IMG/VR virus record: IMGVR_UViG_3300005573_000158
Coordinates: 1 to 40,897 of that record
Direction: 5' to 3' (one strand)
From: a virus
Taxonomy: Duplodnaviria > Caudoviricetes
DNA: 40,897 nucleotides
The position numbers and the translations under genes were made by a program. Numbering within the stretch: the first letter of the stretch is position 1; every line of letters starts with the position of its first letter. The notes under the pieces were generated by a model. That model was not told where the DNA came from, searched no databases, and saw only the letters and a list, made by a program, of their open reading frames with translations. Shown here piece by piece: positions 26,667 to 36,283 of the stretch.

Positions 26667-28913
26667 ATGCCTACAAGGGGAGCCGCAAGAGTAATTCGTA
26701 GCATCGCCGATCTATCATATTATGCTGAAGAGATCGGCGAATGTGTAGTGGCGGTTCTGGCGGATGTAGAGAGAGGAAAACCGTGGGAGCCAATTTATTG
26801 CAAGACGCTAGATGAATTTGAGCGACAATGTGGCCGCACATGGACTCGCTCATCTGATCCGCTGGTAATACGTACCGGCTTGATGCAGGGCGCTAATTTC
26901 GCCGTTATTCGTCTATTGAATTGCACCGATCCAGGAGACAAGAGCACATGCACAGCGAAAAAAGCGTCATTGGTGCTAAATGACAGAGGTTCTCAATCTA
27001 CGCCGGCCAGAATAGTCGCCAAGCGTGGGCCTTATGTCTTTAACAAGGAGCATGGCGGAAGGTTTGACAGCAATGAGCTTGGGCCATTCCACATTGTGGA
27101 AAACGTCAATGATAAGCTGTTGTTACAGGTGTCGTCAGACGTCGCACCACAAAGCGTGACACTAACAGCCGGAACAAGCGTGACTGCGGACGCCATTGCT
27201 TCGGAGATTAATGCCGCAACCGAAAAAATCAATGCATCAGTTGTTGACGGTAAATTGCGGTTAGAAGCGAGCAGTGCAACTGACTCGCTGATTATCCTCA
27301 GCGTTGACAATGACGCGTATAGCGCCTTGGGGTTGCGCGAGGGGGTTTATGCGCCAGTCGCCGGCAATAACATTCTGATCCTCTCCGTCGATAGTGGGGC
27401 CGATCAGACTTTTACATTCCCAGAAGGTGCATTCACAAGTGGGCAGGTCGCCAATTTGCTCACAACGCTTGATGGAGCTATGGCAAGTTCAAGCGGCGGG
27501 TGCTTGGTGATCACTGGCGTTGAGGTTGGGAGTCAGCATTCAATTACCGTCAAGGATTGTTCAGCGGCTCCATACCTTGGGATTGATGTGGCCACATATC
27601 GTGGTTATTCTGGCACCGCAAAGGATACTCTCAGGATTGAGGCAGAGAGCGAGGGGGCTTGGGGGAACTATCTAAAAGTCTCCATTTACGAGAATGCCTT
27701 TGATAGTAGCCTTTTTGATATGCGGATAGCCTACAGCAACCAAGGCGGGCTAAACGAATACCATAGTGGACTCACTATGGATCACAATGCTCCGAATTAT
27801 GTTGTAACTGTCCTCAATGCCGCGTCAAGGCTTGTGCGAGTCTATGATTTGGGCTCGACGAACCCAGACGTTGTGAGAAATCCGAGAATAGATGAGGTTG
27901 GAACCTTTCTGACCGGTGGCGACAATGGCCTGCCCCTTACAATCCAGGATTATATAGGCGATCCTGTTGAACAGACTGGGATATGGGCGCTTGATAAGAT
28001 TCAGAACTCGATAGATGTGATAGTCCCGGGGACACAGTCAGTAACAGTCTTGCAGGCGCTTGCCGCATACTGTGAAAACGGCAGGCTCATGATGGCGCAT
28101 TGCAATACGCCGGCAGGATACGATCCTTATGAAGCGAAGAAATGGCGTATGGGTGAGGCACCATATACGCATGAAGCGTTTAATTCTCACCTGCTGACGC
28201 TATATTTCGGGAGGCCGTTGGTTTATGACCCGCGCACTGACAAGCGCATATTTGTGTCGAACCTAGGTCATCTCGCGGCCGTCTTAACGAAGACGACAAA
28301 TCGTAGCGGATATAGCTATGCCCCTGCAGGTTTCCGTCGTGGTACGGTTGACCTTGTCGAAGGGCTTGATTTTAACCTCGCTGATTATCCTGGCATCCAC
28401 GACATGATGAGTGACGCTGGAATCAACGCCTTAATAATCAGTAGGGAGCAGGGGCTTGAGCAGGCAGTCTTCTGGGAGCAATTTACTACGCAGACAATGA
28501 GTAGCGCATTGCGCGATATCAACGTTATGCGATTTATACTGATGATGCAAAAAACGCTCACGCCAGTTTTGTATCTATTCTTATGGGAACCCAACCATCC
28601 TATTACTTGGCGAGAGATTTATCGCACACTGAAGCCTACTTTTGATAAGTGGGCAGAAAGAATGGATATATATGCATACCTGCTTCAAATGGATCAGGAT
28701 GCATATTTCGATGTCAACACTGGCGAGCTGAAGGCGGCGATAATCAACTCAGGGTATGATATCGATCAAGGTATCTACCATTGCAGATTCTTCATCCAGC
28801 CAACTAGAGCGATACGGATCATTGATGCTGTGACCGCGGTCACAAGGACTGGCGAGCTCTTCTCTCAATACACGATACTCAAGCAATTGCCAGCCTGGTG
28901 GAGGAATGTATAG
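26667..28913 (+). CDS. Tail sheath protein with internal insertion domains
   Basis: ERGKPWEP, EGAWGN, LTGGDNG, APAG..RG, INVMR, WEPN and QPTRAI sheath motifs. Confidence 0.93.
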   Translation: MPTRGAARVIRSIADLSYYAEEIGECVVAVLADVERGKPWEPIYCKTLDEFERQCGRTWTRSSDPLVIRTGLMQGANFAVIRLLNCTDPGDKSTCTAKKASLVLNDRGSQSTPARIVAKRGPYVFNKEHGGRFDSNELGPFHIVENVNDKLLLQVSSDVAPQSVTLTAGTSVTADAIASEINAATEKINASVVDGKLRLEASSATDSLIILSVDNDAYSALGLREGVYAPVAGNNILILSVDSGADQTFTFPEGAFTSGQVANLLTTLDGAMASSSGGCLVITGVEVGSQHSITVKDCSAAPYLGIDVATYRGYSGTAKDTLRIEAESEGAWGNYLKVSIYENAFDSSLFDMRIAYSNQGGLNEYHSGLTMDHNAPNYVVTVLNAASRLVRVYDLGSTNPDVVRNPRIDEVGTFLTGGDNGLPLTIQDYIGDPVEQTGIWALDKIQNSIDVIVPGTQSVTVLQALAAYCENGRLMMAHCNTPAGYDPYEAKKWRMGEAPYTHEAFNSHLLTLYFGRPLVYDPRTDKRIFVSNLGHLAAVLTKTTNRSGYSYAPAGFRRGTVDLVEGLDFNLADYPGIHDMMSDAGINALIISREQGLEQAVFWEQFTTQTMSSALRDINVMRFILMMQKTLTPVLYLFLWEPNHPITWREIYRTLKPTFDKWAERMDIYAYLLQMDQDAYFDVNTGELKAAIINSGYDIDQGIYHCRFFIQPTRAIRIIDAVTAVTRTGELFSQYTILKQLPAWWRNV

Positions 28914-28916
28914 CCG

Positions 28917-28944
28917 AAGAGGGGGTAGATACCCCCTCTTTTCT
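28917..28944 (+). terminator. Strong hairpin between sheath and tube (terminator or mRNA stabiliser)
   Basis: AAGAGGGGGTA-GA-TACCCCCTCTT perfect inverted repeat followed by a short T-rich run. Confidence 0.6.
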
Positions 28945-28955
28945 GGAGGAGTTTT

Positions 28956-29444
28956 ATGGCGACTGAAGTAAAAAAATACGAGAAGGTGAAAGAATTTAAG
29001 TTTAGGGTTGAGGTGAACGGATTTCCCGTGGCGCTTGTAGAAGAATGCGACATGGGGGAGGAACAGATTAGCGTTGTCAAATCGGCTGGGGCCGGCCAGA
29101 ACCACCCTGATAAAGAGGCAGGTGGCCTAGAATATGGGGACTGTGTGCTCCGAACGCTTGTCCCCACCGAGGGGCCTGGTATAGACTTTTGGAATAACGC
29201 AATCAAAAGAGCGCAAAATCCTGCTACACAGTCAGGGCTGCACCCCAGTGGCTATTATTTTGAAATGACGGTGCTTGAACTCGACAATACGAGCGCTCCT
29301 GTTCGTATTACCGAATTTCATAATTGTTTCGTGAACGTTAACCATCCCACCAATAGAAGTGGTCTTTCGTTCGATAAAAACGCAATTGACGAAATACATA
29401 TCGCATATGAATGGCGAGAGCAGAGGGCTGTAAATGGAGGCTAA
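28956..29444 (+). CDS. Tail tube protein (T4 gp19-like)
   Basis: FKFRVEVNG and AIDEIHIAYE; directly after the sheath. Confidence 0.88.
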   Translation: MATEVKKYEKVKEFKFRVEVNGFPVALVEECDMGEEQISVVKSAGAGQNHPDKEAGGLEYGDCVLRTLVPTEGPGIDFWNNAIKRAQNPATQSGLHPSGYYFEMTVLELDNTSAPVRITEFHNCFVNVNHPTNRSGLSFDKNAIDEIHIAYEWREQRAVNGG

Positions 29445-30144
29445 GCGAGCTGAGGTCGATCTACTTATTTCTAAGCGACACGTCATCCTAGAGGAGGGCG
29501 ACGGTTACACCGAGCAGAGCCTATTGCGTCGTGGCGGTAAACTCTATGAGAACATTCCGTATTACATAGCCGCCCATTGTGTTTCTATAGACGGCCAATC
29601 GCCCGTGACATATAATCATATCAAGACTCTGTACGTTGCGGAAAAAGAACAACTTTTATTTGAGATATTTAAGCTCAATAATATTGATTCCATGCTAACA
29701 TTCGGTGTAACCTGTCCTGCTCCTGAATGTGGCTGTGAATACAAAGTAACTATTGATGTGAACGACATAGAGATTCGCCAATTTCCTGACGAGGTGAATA
29801 AGGAGACCGCATCAATTGTAGGTGTGTTGCCACGTTCCAACCAGGAGGTTGAGATCGGCGCGTTGACTGTCGAGAAAGAGCTACTAATCATGGCCAAGAG
29901 CGCCATGGGCGATACCGATCTCAATTATGTGGATTACCTTTCAATCCGTAAGCTTGGTGGCAGAACTGATTTTACCTACGAAGACATCATGAAGCTGCGC
30001 GCCGCCGATCACAGGGTGATTAGACGGCTTCGCGAGAAATTGGTTTGTGGATATGATCCTGATGTCAGGACGCAGTGCCCAGATTGCGGAAAACGAGATG
30101 TAGTAAACATCTTCTCGGTGCGTGATTTTTTATTCTGGTCTTAG
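29434..30144 (+). CDS. Tail assembly chaperone (Zn-binding)
   Basis: CPAPEC and CPDC; between tube and tape measure. Confidence 0.75.
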   Translation: MEAKRAEVDLLISKRHVILEEGDGYTEQSLLRRGGKLYENIPYYIAAHCVSIDGQSPVTYNHIKTLYVAEKEQLLFEIFKLNNIDSMLTFGVTCPAPECGCEYKVTIDVNDIEIRQFPDEVNKETASIVGVLPRSNQEVEIGALTVEKELLIMAKSAMGDTDLNYVDYLSIRKLGGRTDFTYEDIMKLRAADHRVIRRLREKLVCGYDPDVRTQCPDCGKRDVVNIFSVRDFLFWS

Positions 30145-30350
30145 GGCGACTTGTTCGCAAGTTCACCCAATGGGGAATCTGCGATTGCTCTATTCTTACC
30201 CCAATCCTCACAATCGATATCAAGACTTTCATAAAAGAAATTTATTACTTCCGAAAAGCCCTTAATGCGACCTTCCAAGAAGCATATTCCATGTCTCGAA
30301 ATATGCGATATGAGTATTACAAAATTTTCCTAGAAGACAATAGGAAATGA
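30126..30350 (+). CDS. -1 frameshift extension of the tail assembly chaperone
   Basis: Slippery T TTT TTA at 30126-30132; the -1 frame is open to TGA 30348-30350. Confidence 0.8.
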   Translation, partial: FFILVLGRLVRKFTQWGICDCSILTPILTIDIKTFIKEIYYFRKALNATFQEAYSMSRNMRYEYYKIFLEDNRK

Positions 30351-32827
30351 TTCACACTATAGGCATCAAATTAGAGGCGACTGGGGCTGAGGCCGTTAAG
30401 GCGCAGCTTGGCGAATTGTCTGCTGCCATACAGGCGTTTACGCAGCAGAGTTTTGTCCCGGTGCAAATGCGGGATTTCTCGATCAACCTTTCGCACGTAA
30501 TAAGCAGCGCCCGCTTACTAAAGATCGAGTTTACAGGTGTTAGTGGCTGGATATCTCACAGCACTCGACAACTGACTGAGTTCAACGATAAGCTGCGGCA
30601 AACCTCAACCATAATGCGCGGCATACAGGCTGGGGTACCATTTGGAGGTGAAGAGCCCAAACGTACTCCTAGTGCGAAGCCTGTAGTAACGCCTCCACAA
30701 GCCCCTTCTCCAGTCCCCACGCCGCCGAAGCCACCACAACCGTCTTCGCCTCAACCAGCTCCACCTCAGGTGCCAGTTCCAGTTCCTGAAGAAGAAAAAC
30801 CTAGGCGACGTAGGCGAGGTCGCAAGGACGAGGTTGACAAAGGCGCAGGGGCAGTGGATCAGCAGACACGCGAGGTCGGACAGTTCGGGAACCTCCCATG
30901 GGTGCTGAGAAGCCTCCCATTTGCTTTGCGCTGGATGGGGATGATGGCGGTGCTCGGCACAGGCGCTGAGATCATACATGGCTTAGGAAAAGCGGCGCTT
31001 GGAGTGTATCGTTCAGACCTCAAGGATGTGCTTAATACACTCGCGGGCACTGGCATGACCAGGGAGGAGATATATAGGGTAGAAGTAAAAGCAAGGGAGG
31101 TTGCAAGAGATTTCCTACCTGGCGGAACAGCCAAGGAGGTCATGGGGACAACAGCAGAGATAGCATCTGCCTTCCCGCCAACTTCGCCGTATATCAGGAA
31201 CCTCCCAAACAAAGAATTAGCTCCGGTCGAGATGGCGAAGTACGCTAATTATTTTGGAGCTCTCGCAAAATTACCCCCAGAACAGGCCGGAGCGCTTTTA
31301 GCACAGATTACAAATGCACAATTGGCGTATATGCAGCCAGGGGAAGTAGAGGCGTACCGCACTGGGGCAAAAAGCGTGGTCGATTTATACAAGATTAATG
31401 CTGCAAGACTCGCCAAGGCCGTCGAACAGACTTCAATTTGGGGCCCACAAATTCAACAGTCATTCCAATATGCCCTACCAGGAGCGCTTAGTGAAGGCTG
31501 GAATATGGAATCGTTGTTGGCCTTCACCAGCGTTTTGAGGAGCGCTGGGCTTCCTGCTTCAAAAGTTGGAAGAACATTTCGCGCCTTTTTTACAAAGGGC
31601 GCAGATTGGCTATCCTATCTAATGTTCGCCGGCGGAGAGAGAGGCGTTGCTGAAAAGTTTAGGCTCCTTGAAGAGGGGCAACGAAAGAAAGTCGCACATT
31701 GGTGGAAGCCTGTGGCGCTTGAGATAATTAAAAAAGACCCATGGCAAGCCATCCAAATGATGGCTCAACTTACAGAGAGAGCAAAAGCCAATCTATTCGA
31801 TCTGAGTGATGTTATAGACAGTGACATGATTCAGATCATGCAAAGTATTCTCAACCCTGAGATAATTAGGAACGCCAAGGATATATATAAGATAATAATG
31901 GGGAGCACCCCACAGCAACTCGAACAGCAAGCGAGGACAAATGAACAGGATGTAATGTATAATGCAGAGTCGCTTTCCCGTTCCTGGAGCGAGTTGATGT
32001 CGGAGTTAAGCCTCACCATCGGCGATATGAATGGGGTGAGGGGAACAATATATATCCTCAACAAGACTATGAGGGATGTAGCCGCCACGTTACGGGCGGC
32101 GAGAGAGAAGAAGATAGTCCCAAGGGGGTTTGGGTGGGGTGAGCTCGCCGAGATGACGACTGAGGCGTTTGCGCCGAAGTTCAGTGAAAGACTGAGAAAA
32201 GGCTTTCCGTTTGGGGGTTGGAACGCACCTACCGAGGAACTGCTTATTCCATCTCATTCTGATCTGCTCACAGCGCACGGCGAGAAGACACCAGCTTTTA
32301 TATTCGAAAAAAGCTATGTCCCACCGACTAACATTTCTGAAGGCAAGCCAGAGAAATCTTCTGAATTACCATATATCCCTCCCCAAACAAGGACATCTTT
32401 TGAACAGTGGCAATTCCCAAATATCTATGTAAATCCAAATAAATACGAAGGGTATCCTCAATTAGAAGCTCTTAAGGCTGTACCAGAAAATCTCACGAAG
32501 GGGGCTTCAAGGCTCTTCAACGACATAGAGTCTGAGCTCCCTATCACAGCAAAGGCAATACGTGATCTTCTTGGAACGCAACAACAAGAGGCGACGGCTT
32601 CTCCATTGGGTCTTCCCAAAATCGAGGAGCCAAAGCCTACTCCCCCGGCCCAAGAAGAAAAACAACCCATGCAGATTCAATGTCCGATATTCGGCTCTGA
32701 CTTGAAACTACATACTGATGTACACATAGGCGAGCGAACATTTTTCTCATTGTATCAACATTTTCTCACTAATAACGCCAATAATGCAGCGCAAGGGTAC
32801 GGCCCGCGCTTTGAATCTTCACCGTAA
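30347..32827 (+). CDS. Tape measure protein
   Basis: 826 aa, Ala-rich helical core, position after the chaperones. Confidence 0.82.
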   Translation: MIHTIGIKLEATGAEAVKAQLGELSAAIQAFTQQSFVPVQMRDFSINLSHVISSARLLKIEFTGVSGWISHSTRQLTEFNDKLRQTSTIMRGIQAGVPFGGEEPKRTPSAKPVVTPPQAPSPVPTPPKPPQPSSPQPAPPQVPVPVPEEEKPRRRRRGRKDEVDKGAGAVDQQTREVGQFGNLPWVLRSLPFALRWMGMMAVLGTGAEIIHGLGKAALGVYRSDLKDVLNTLAGTGMTREEIYRVEVKAREVARDFLPGGTAKEVMGTTAEIASAFPPTSPYIRNLPNKELAPVEMAKYANYFGALAKLPPEQAGALLAQITNAQLAYMQPGEVEAYRTGAKSVVDLYKINAARLAKAVEQTSIWGPQIQQSFQYALPGALSEGWNMESLLAFTSVLRSAGLPASKVGRTFRAFFTKGADWLSYLMFAGGERGVAEKFRLLEEGQRKKVAHWWKPVALEIIKKDPWQAIQMMAQLTERAKANLFDLSDVIDSDMIQIMQSILNPEIIRNAKDIYKIIMGSTPQQLEQQARTNEQDVMYNAESLSRSWSELMSELSLTIGDMNGVRGTIYILNKTMRDVAATLRAAREKKIVPRGFGWGELAEMTTEAFAPKFSERLRKGFPFGGWNAPTEELLIPSHSDLLTAHGEKTPAFIFEKSYVPPTNISEGKPEKSSELPYIPPQTRTSFEQWQFPNIYVNPNKYEGYPQLEALKAVPENLTKGASRLFNDIESELPITAKAIRDLLGTQQQEATASPLGLPKIEEPKPTPPAQEEKQPMQIQCPIFGSDLKLHTDVHIGERTFFSLYQHFLTNNANNAAQGYGPRFESSP

Positions 32828-32829
32828 AA

Positions 32830-33270
32830 ATGGCTGGTAATTGGTATCACGGTTCAATTTCTGGCGGTGGCGCAAGTATCAGATTTTATTACAATCCTGA
32901 GACAATACGGATAATCAAGAGTACCGATTGGGCTCAATTGCGCGCAGCCGGGAGGGAGCAACCCATCCTTCAGTATGGGTGTGGTTCACCGATCATTGTC
33001 AAGTTCGATATACTTATAAGGCGAAAACCTGGCGATGATTACGGGAAAAATTTGGTGCAGAGCCTATTGCGCCTAACAAAGCCTACTGTTAGGGGAGCGG
33101 GTGTGGATAGGCCTCCAATCGTTACGCTTGATCTTGGCGAGGCTATACGATTGCCATCGTGCATAATAGCTAGGGTAGAGCCTGAACTCGGCCCGCTATT
33201 TTCTCCGAATGATCTCACCCCATACCTTGGGAAGGTTCATGTTGAAATCTGGGAGGCGAAGGATGTGTGA
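32830..33270 (+). CDS. Tube initiator/baseplate tube-like protein
   Basis: FYYNPETI, PILQY and RPP motifs as in CIS tube/GpU-like proteins. Confidence 0.75.
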   Translation: MAGNWYHGSISGGGASIRFYYNPETIRIIKSTDWAQLRAAGREQPILQYGCGSPIIVKFDILIRRKPGDDYGKNLVQSLLRLTKPTVRGAGVDRPPIVTLDLGEAIRLPSCIIARVEPELGPLFSPNDLTPYLGKVHVEIWEAKDV

Positions 33271-33301
33271 CCTGCTGGCCTCCACCAATAGCTAGCGGTA
33301 T

Positions 33302-34444
33302 TTGGAGGAGACGAGCGCAGTGCCGGGTTATCGTTGGCAACCAGACTTTGTAATCCAAATAGGGGGGAGAGACCTCACAAGGTATTGCTTGGCCTGGGAG
33401 TTGACAGACACCGAAGAAGGTCTCAGTTCAATTCGTGCGGATTTTTGGAATTTTGGAACGGAGAAGCTCACGGAGAAGGAGATCACTATCAGGTGGGGAT
33501 ATCAGGGCAATCTCTCAGAGCCGGTCACGATGCGCATTAAGGAGCACACAGAGCTGTACGATATCAAAGGCCTCAGGTTCTCGGTTGTCGCCTATGATGC
33601 CTTAGAGCGGCTCACTGGTGTGAGCGCAACTGGCCTTTTTAGGGATGACAATGTGAGAGAAGCAATCAAAACTATAGGGCAACTGGTGGAGCCCAAGCTA
33701 AATGTTACCGTCGATGGAGAAAATCCAGTATTTCAAAAGGAGCATAGATTATCCATAACCAACGAACGTCTTGTAGATGCCCAGAAGCGGTTGATGTCGC
33801 TTCTAGGCGTCCCCAAGAAGACCTCCCCTGCCCGTATGTCACACACCCTCAAGGCAATAAAACAACAGGCAAAAGGAGTAAAGCAGGCAAATTTTGACGG
33901 GTTGGTGCGGGAAGGAATTGCGATCGCTATGGGGCCATATCTCTCGAAGGACAAGACTGGGAAGTTGAACAATATCATGGAGAACATTCTTAATCAAGTT
34001 CTTTCAAAGGCTAGCGGGGACTCAGTTCGTGGTCAACTAGAGATGTATGGCGATCCTAAGTTTAGAGCCAAGACAGTGATAGAGGTGCGCAACGTTGGGA
34101 ATGGGAGTGGCAAATGGTACGTCAAGACGGCGACTCATCGATGGAACCCGCACCTAGGGTATCGTGATTACGCCGATCTCATCCTCCCAGACGAGACTCC
34201 AATGGTGCAATATGCAGAAATATACAAAAGAGACGAGATATACGTAGGCCCGCGGAAACTTGATCAGCAAGGCGGGGTATATACATACGGCGTTGACGAT
34301 AAGCTGGTCATAGCATTTAAGTTCACTGAGACGGTTCAATCAAGCCGCGCGGCCGGGGAGGCGGCTACCACACAGCATATCCCCATTAGCAAGGCAGAGC
34401 AGGAAGAAATTATGAAGCTGCCGGAAGGATGGGCACCGTTTTAA
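33302..34444 (+). CDS. Baseplate hub (P2 GpD-like)
   Basis: IRWGY and GDP..RAK.VIEV..VG.GSGKWYV...H motifs; the likely start is GTG 33320 after GGAGGAG. Confidence 0.8.
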   Translation: MEETSAVPGYRWQPDFVIQIGGRDLTRYCLAWELTDTEEGLSSIRADFWNFGTEKLTEKEITIRWGYQGNLSEPVTMRIKEHTELYDIKGLRFSVVAYDALERLTGVSATGLFRDDNVREAIKTIGQLVEPKLNVTVDGENPVFQKEHRLSITNERLVDAQKRLMSLLGVPKKTSPARMSHTLKAIKQQAKGVKQANFDGLVREGIAIAMGPYLSKDKTGKLNNIMENILNQVLSKASGDSVRGQLEMYGDPKFRAKTVIEVRNVGNGSGKWYVKTATHRWNPHLGYRDYADLILPDETPMVQYAEIYKRDEIYVGPRKLDQQGGVYTYGVDDKLVIAFKFTETVQSSRAAGEAATTQHIPISKAEQEEIMKLPEGWAPF

Positions 34445-34445
34445 T

Positions 34446-35444
34446 ATGCAAGATAATATGATCATAAGCCCAGTTCCTAACCAGCTCCTACAACAAGCTG
34501 CGTTTCATATGGGCGTTGTGAGAGATGTAAAAGACCCAGAAGGTAAGGGACGCGTGAGAGTCGAGGTACCAAGTATCTGGGGGCAGGGTGAGGGGTGCTG
34601 GTCTTATTGGTGCGAAGTCTGTTCCTTCCCAGTGGGGTCTGCATACCAGAAGGGCGACCATGGCGTTTGGTGGGTGCCTGTTCCAGGAGAGCGCGTATTA
34701 GTTGGTTTCATCGCCGGACAACATCAAGGCGCTTTTTGCATACCTGGCCCAATATGGCAGTGGGACGATAGAAAAGGCGAGCAGGTTGTGCCTACAGAGG
34801 TTCACGCTGTAGAGGATGAGGACGATCGTCGTGCCACTAGGCTACGAATCATCAAGAGCGAGGCCGGGCATACGATCCTCATGGACGACGCGGGCACAGA
34901 AGAGGCTATGGCCGTTGTGGATTGGTCTGGGGCCGGGCTCGCATGGGATTGCCCTGGTAAGAAAGAGGATGTGAAGGAAGAGAAGGGCGGGCCGTCATAT
35001 GGGCGCATAGGAGAGATAAGGGAGGGCCACACTGTCTTCTCAGGAACAAATCCGTCAGCATCGCAGTTGTCAAAAACGGGTATAGCGACCTTGGCGCTAT
35101 TGGGCGTCAACGGAAGTGGGATGGTGAATCTAGCAAAAGATGGAGAAGATAAGTTAATCATTTTCGCCTGTAAAAACAAGAACGAGCCAGGGCCGAGCAT
35201 CATCCTGGACGCGAAGGACGACTCTATTTATCTCACCGCCGGTGGGGGCAAGATACAGATAATTCTCGACGGCAAAACTGGTGATATTCGTACAACACGA
35301 CAGATTATCAAAGAAGTGAAGCCAATCCCAGTAAAAGAATTTATAATCATGGGTTTAGTTGGATTGGCGAAAACATTTATGAAATACATTAAGAAACCCA
35401 ATCGCGACCAGGGGCAAATGAACCCCAAACCAATGTTAGTATGA
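34446..35444 (+). CDS. Baseplate spike (GpV/gp5 OB-fold)
   Basis: DPEGKGRVRVEVP, P.PGERV.V.F..G and SEAGHTILMDD. Confidence 0.9.
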   Translation: MQDNMIISPVPNQLLQQAAFHMGVVRDVKDPEGKGRVRVEVPSIWGQGEGCWSYWCEVCSFPVGSAYQKGDHGVWWVPVPGERVLVGFIAGQHQGAFCIPGPIWQWDDRKGEQVVPTEVHAVEDEDDRRATRLRIIKSEAGHTILMDDAGTEEAMAVVDWSGAGLAWDCPGKKEDVKEEKGGPSYGRIGEIREGHTVFSGTNPSASQLSKTGIATLALLGVNGSGMVNLAKDGEDKLIIFACKNKNEPGPSIILDAKDDSIYLTAGGGKIQIILDGKTGDIRTTRQIIKEVKPIPVKEFIIMGLVGLAKTFMKYIKKPNRDQGQMNPKPMLV

Positions 35445-36283
35445 TTTCATATCCTTTTCTTGGCGCAGGCATAATTTTCCCGTTACAAATCGATGACAAG
35501 ACTGGTGGCATAAAAACCGGTCTTGGGGGCGTGGACTACCTTGCAGTTACAGCAGCTTATATTCAAGATCGCTGGACAATATTGGACTACCAATATGATA
35601 CCAGCAACATAATTGTTTCCAGCATCTTTAATATCATTCTTACTCGCCTAGGAGAGCATGATACCCTTCCATGGTATGGGAGTGACCTGCATTCTATTCT
35701 ATTTGAGCCGATTAGCAGAGACTCGATTTCATCAATCTCGCAGGAAATAGCCACATGCACTGAGCGATGGGAAAAGCGTGTGATTATAGATAGATATACG
35801 GGCGTAACATGGGGGTACTCTGATTTTGATGTTGATCACAACACAGTGTTGATGCGTTTACAGCCCATATTCATTGACGGGCAAGTCTTGGGAAACCTTG
35901 TAGTTCCATATGTTTCTGAACATGACATTAGAGTCGCAGAATACCCACAGGGCGTAGGGGATACTACTGGATATGATTGGTGTAGTAGGTATAAATGGTC
36001 GCACATTGTAGGATCGAATAAGAAATTTATTCGGTGTCGCAGGATCATGCCGATTGCGCCCGCTGCCGACGATATATTTGTGCGTGTTGGGCAGAAGGAC
36101 ACATTACTGCTCATCGCATATACCGTGTATGGCGATATAAGGCTCTGGTGGGTGCTGGCGGATATTCTCGTTCAGGAGCGAGATGGGAAGAGAACTGGGT
36201 ATAGCAACTTCAACCTGCCCCCCGCTGGTACAATCGTGAGGTTGCCGTCAAAGGCGCGGCTATTTACGGAGATAGTTACATGA
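35441..36283 (+). CDS. Baseplate wedge GpW/gp25 with C-terminal LysM-like domain
   Basis: ILTRLGE...PWYGS.L...LFEP and WEKRV; C-terminal DTLLLIAYTVYGDIRLWWVLAD...GTIVRLP. Confidence 0.85.
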   Translation: MISYPFLGAGIIFPLQIDDKTGGIKTGLGGVDYLAVTAAYIQDRWTILDYQYDTSNIIVSSIFNIILTRLGEHDTLPWYGSDLHSILFEPISRDSISSISQEIATCTERWEKRVIIDRYTGVTWGYSDFDVDHNTVLMRLQPIFIDGQVLGNLVVPYVSEHDIRVAEYPQGVGDTTGYDWCSRYKWSHIVGSNKKFIRCRRIMPIAPAADDIFVRVGQKDTLLLIAYTVYGDIRLWWVLADILVQERDGKRTGYSNFNLPPAGTIVRLPSKARLFTEIVT

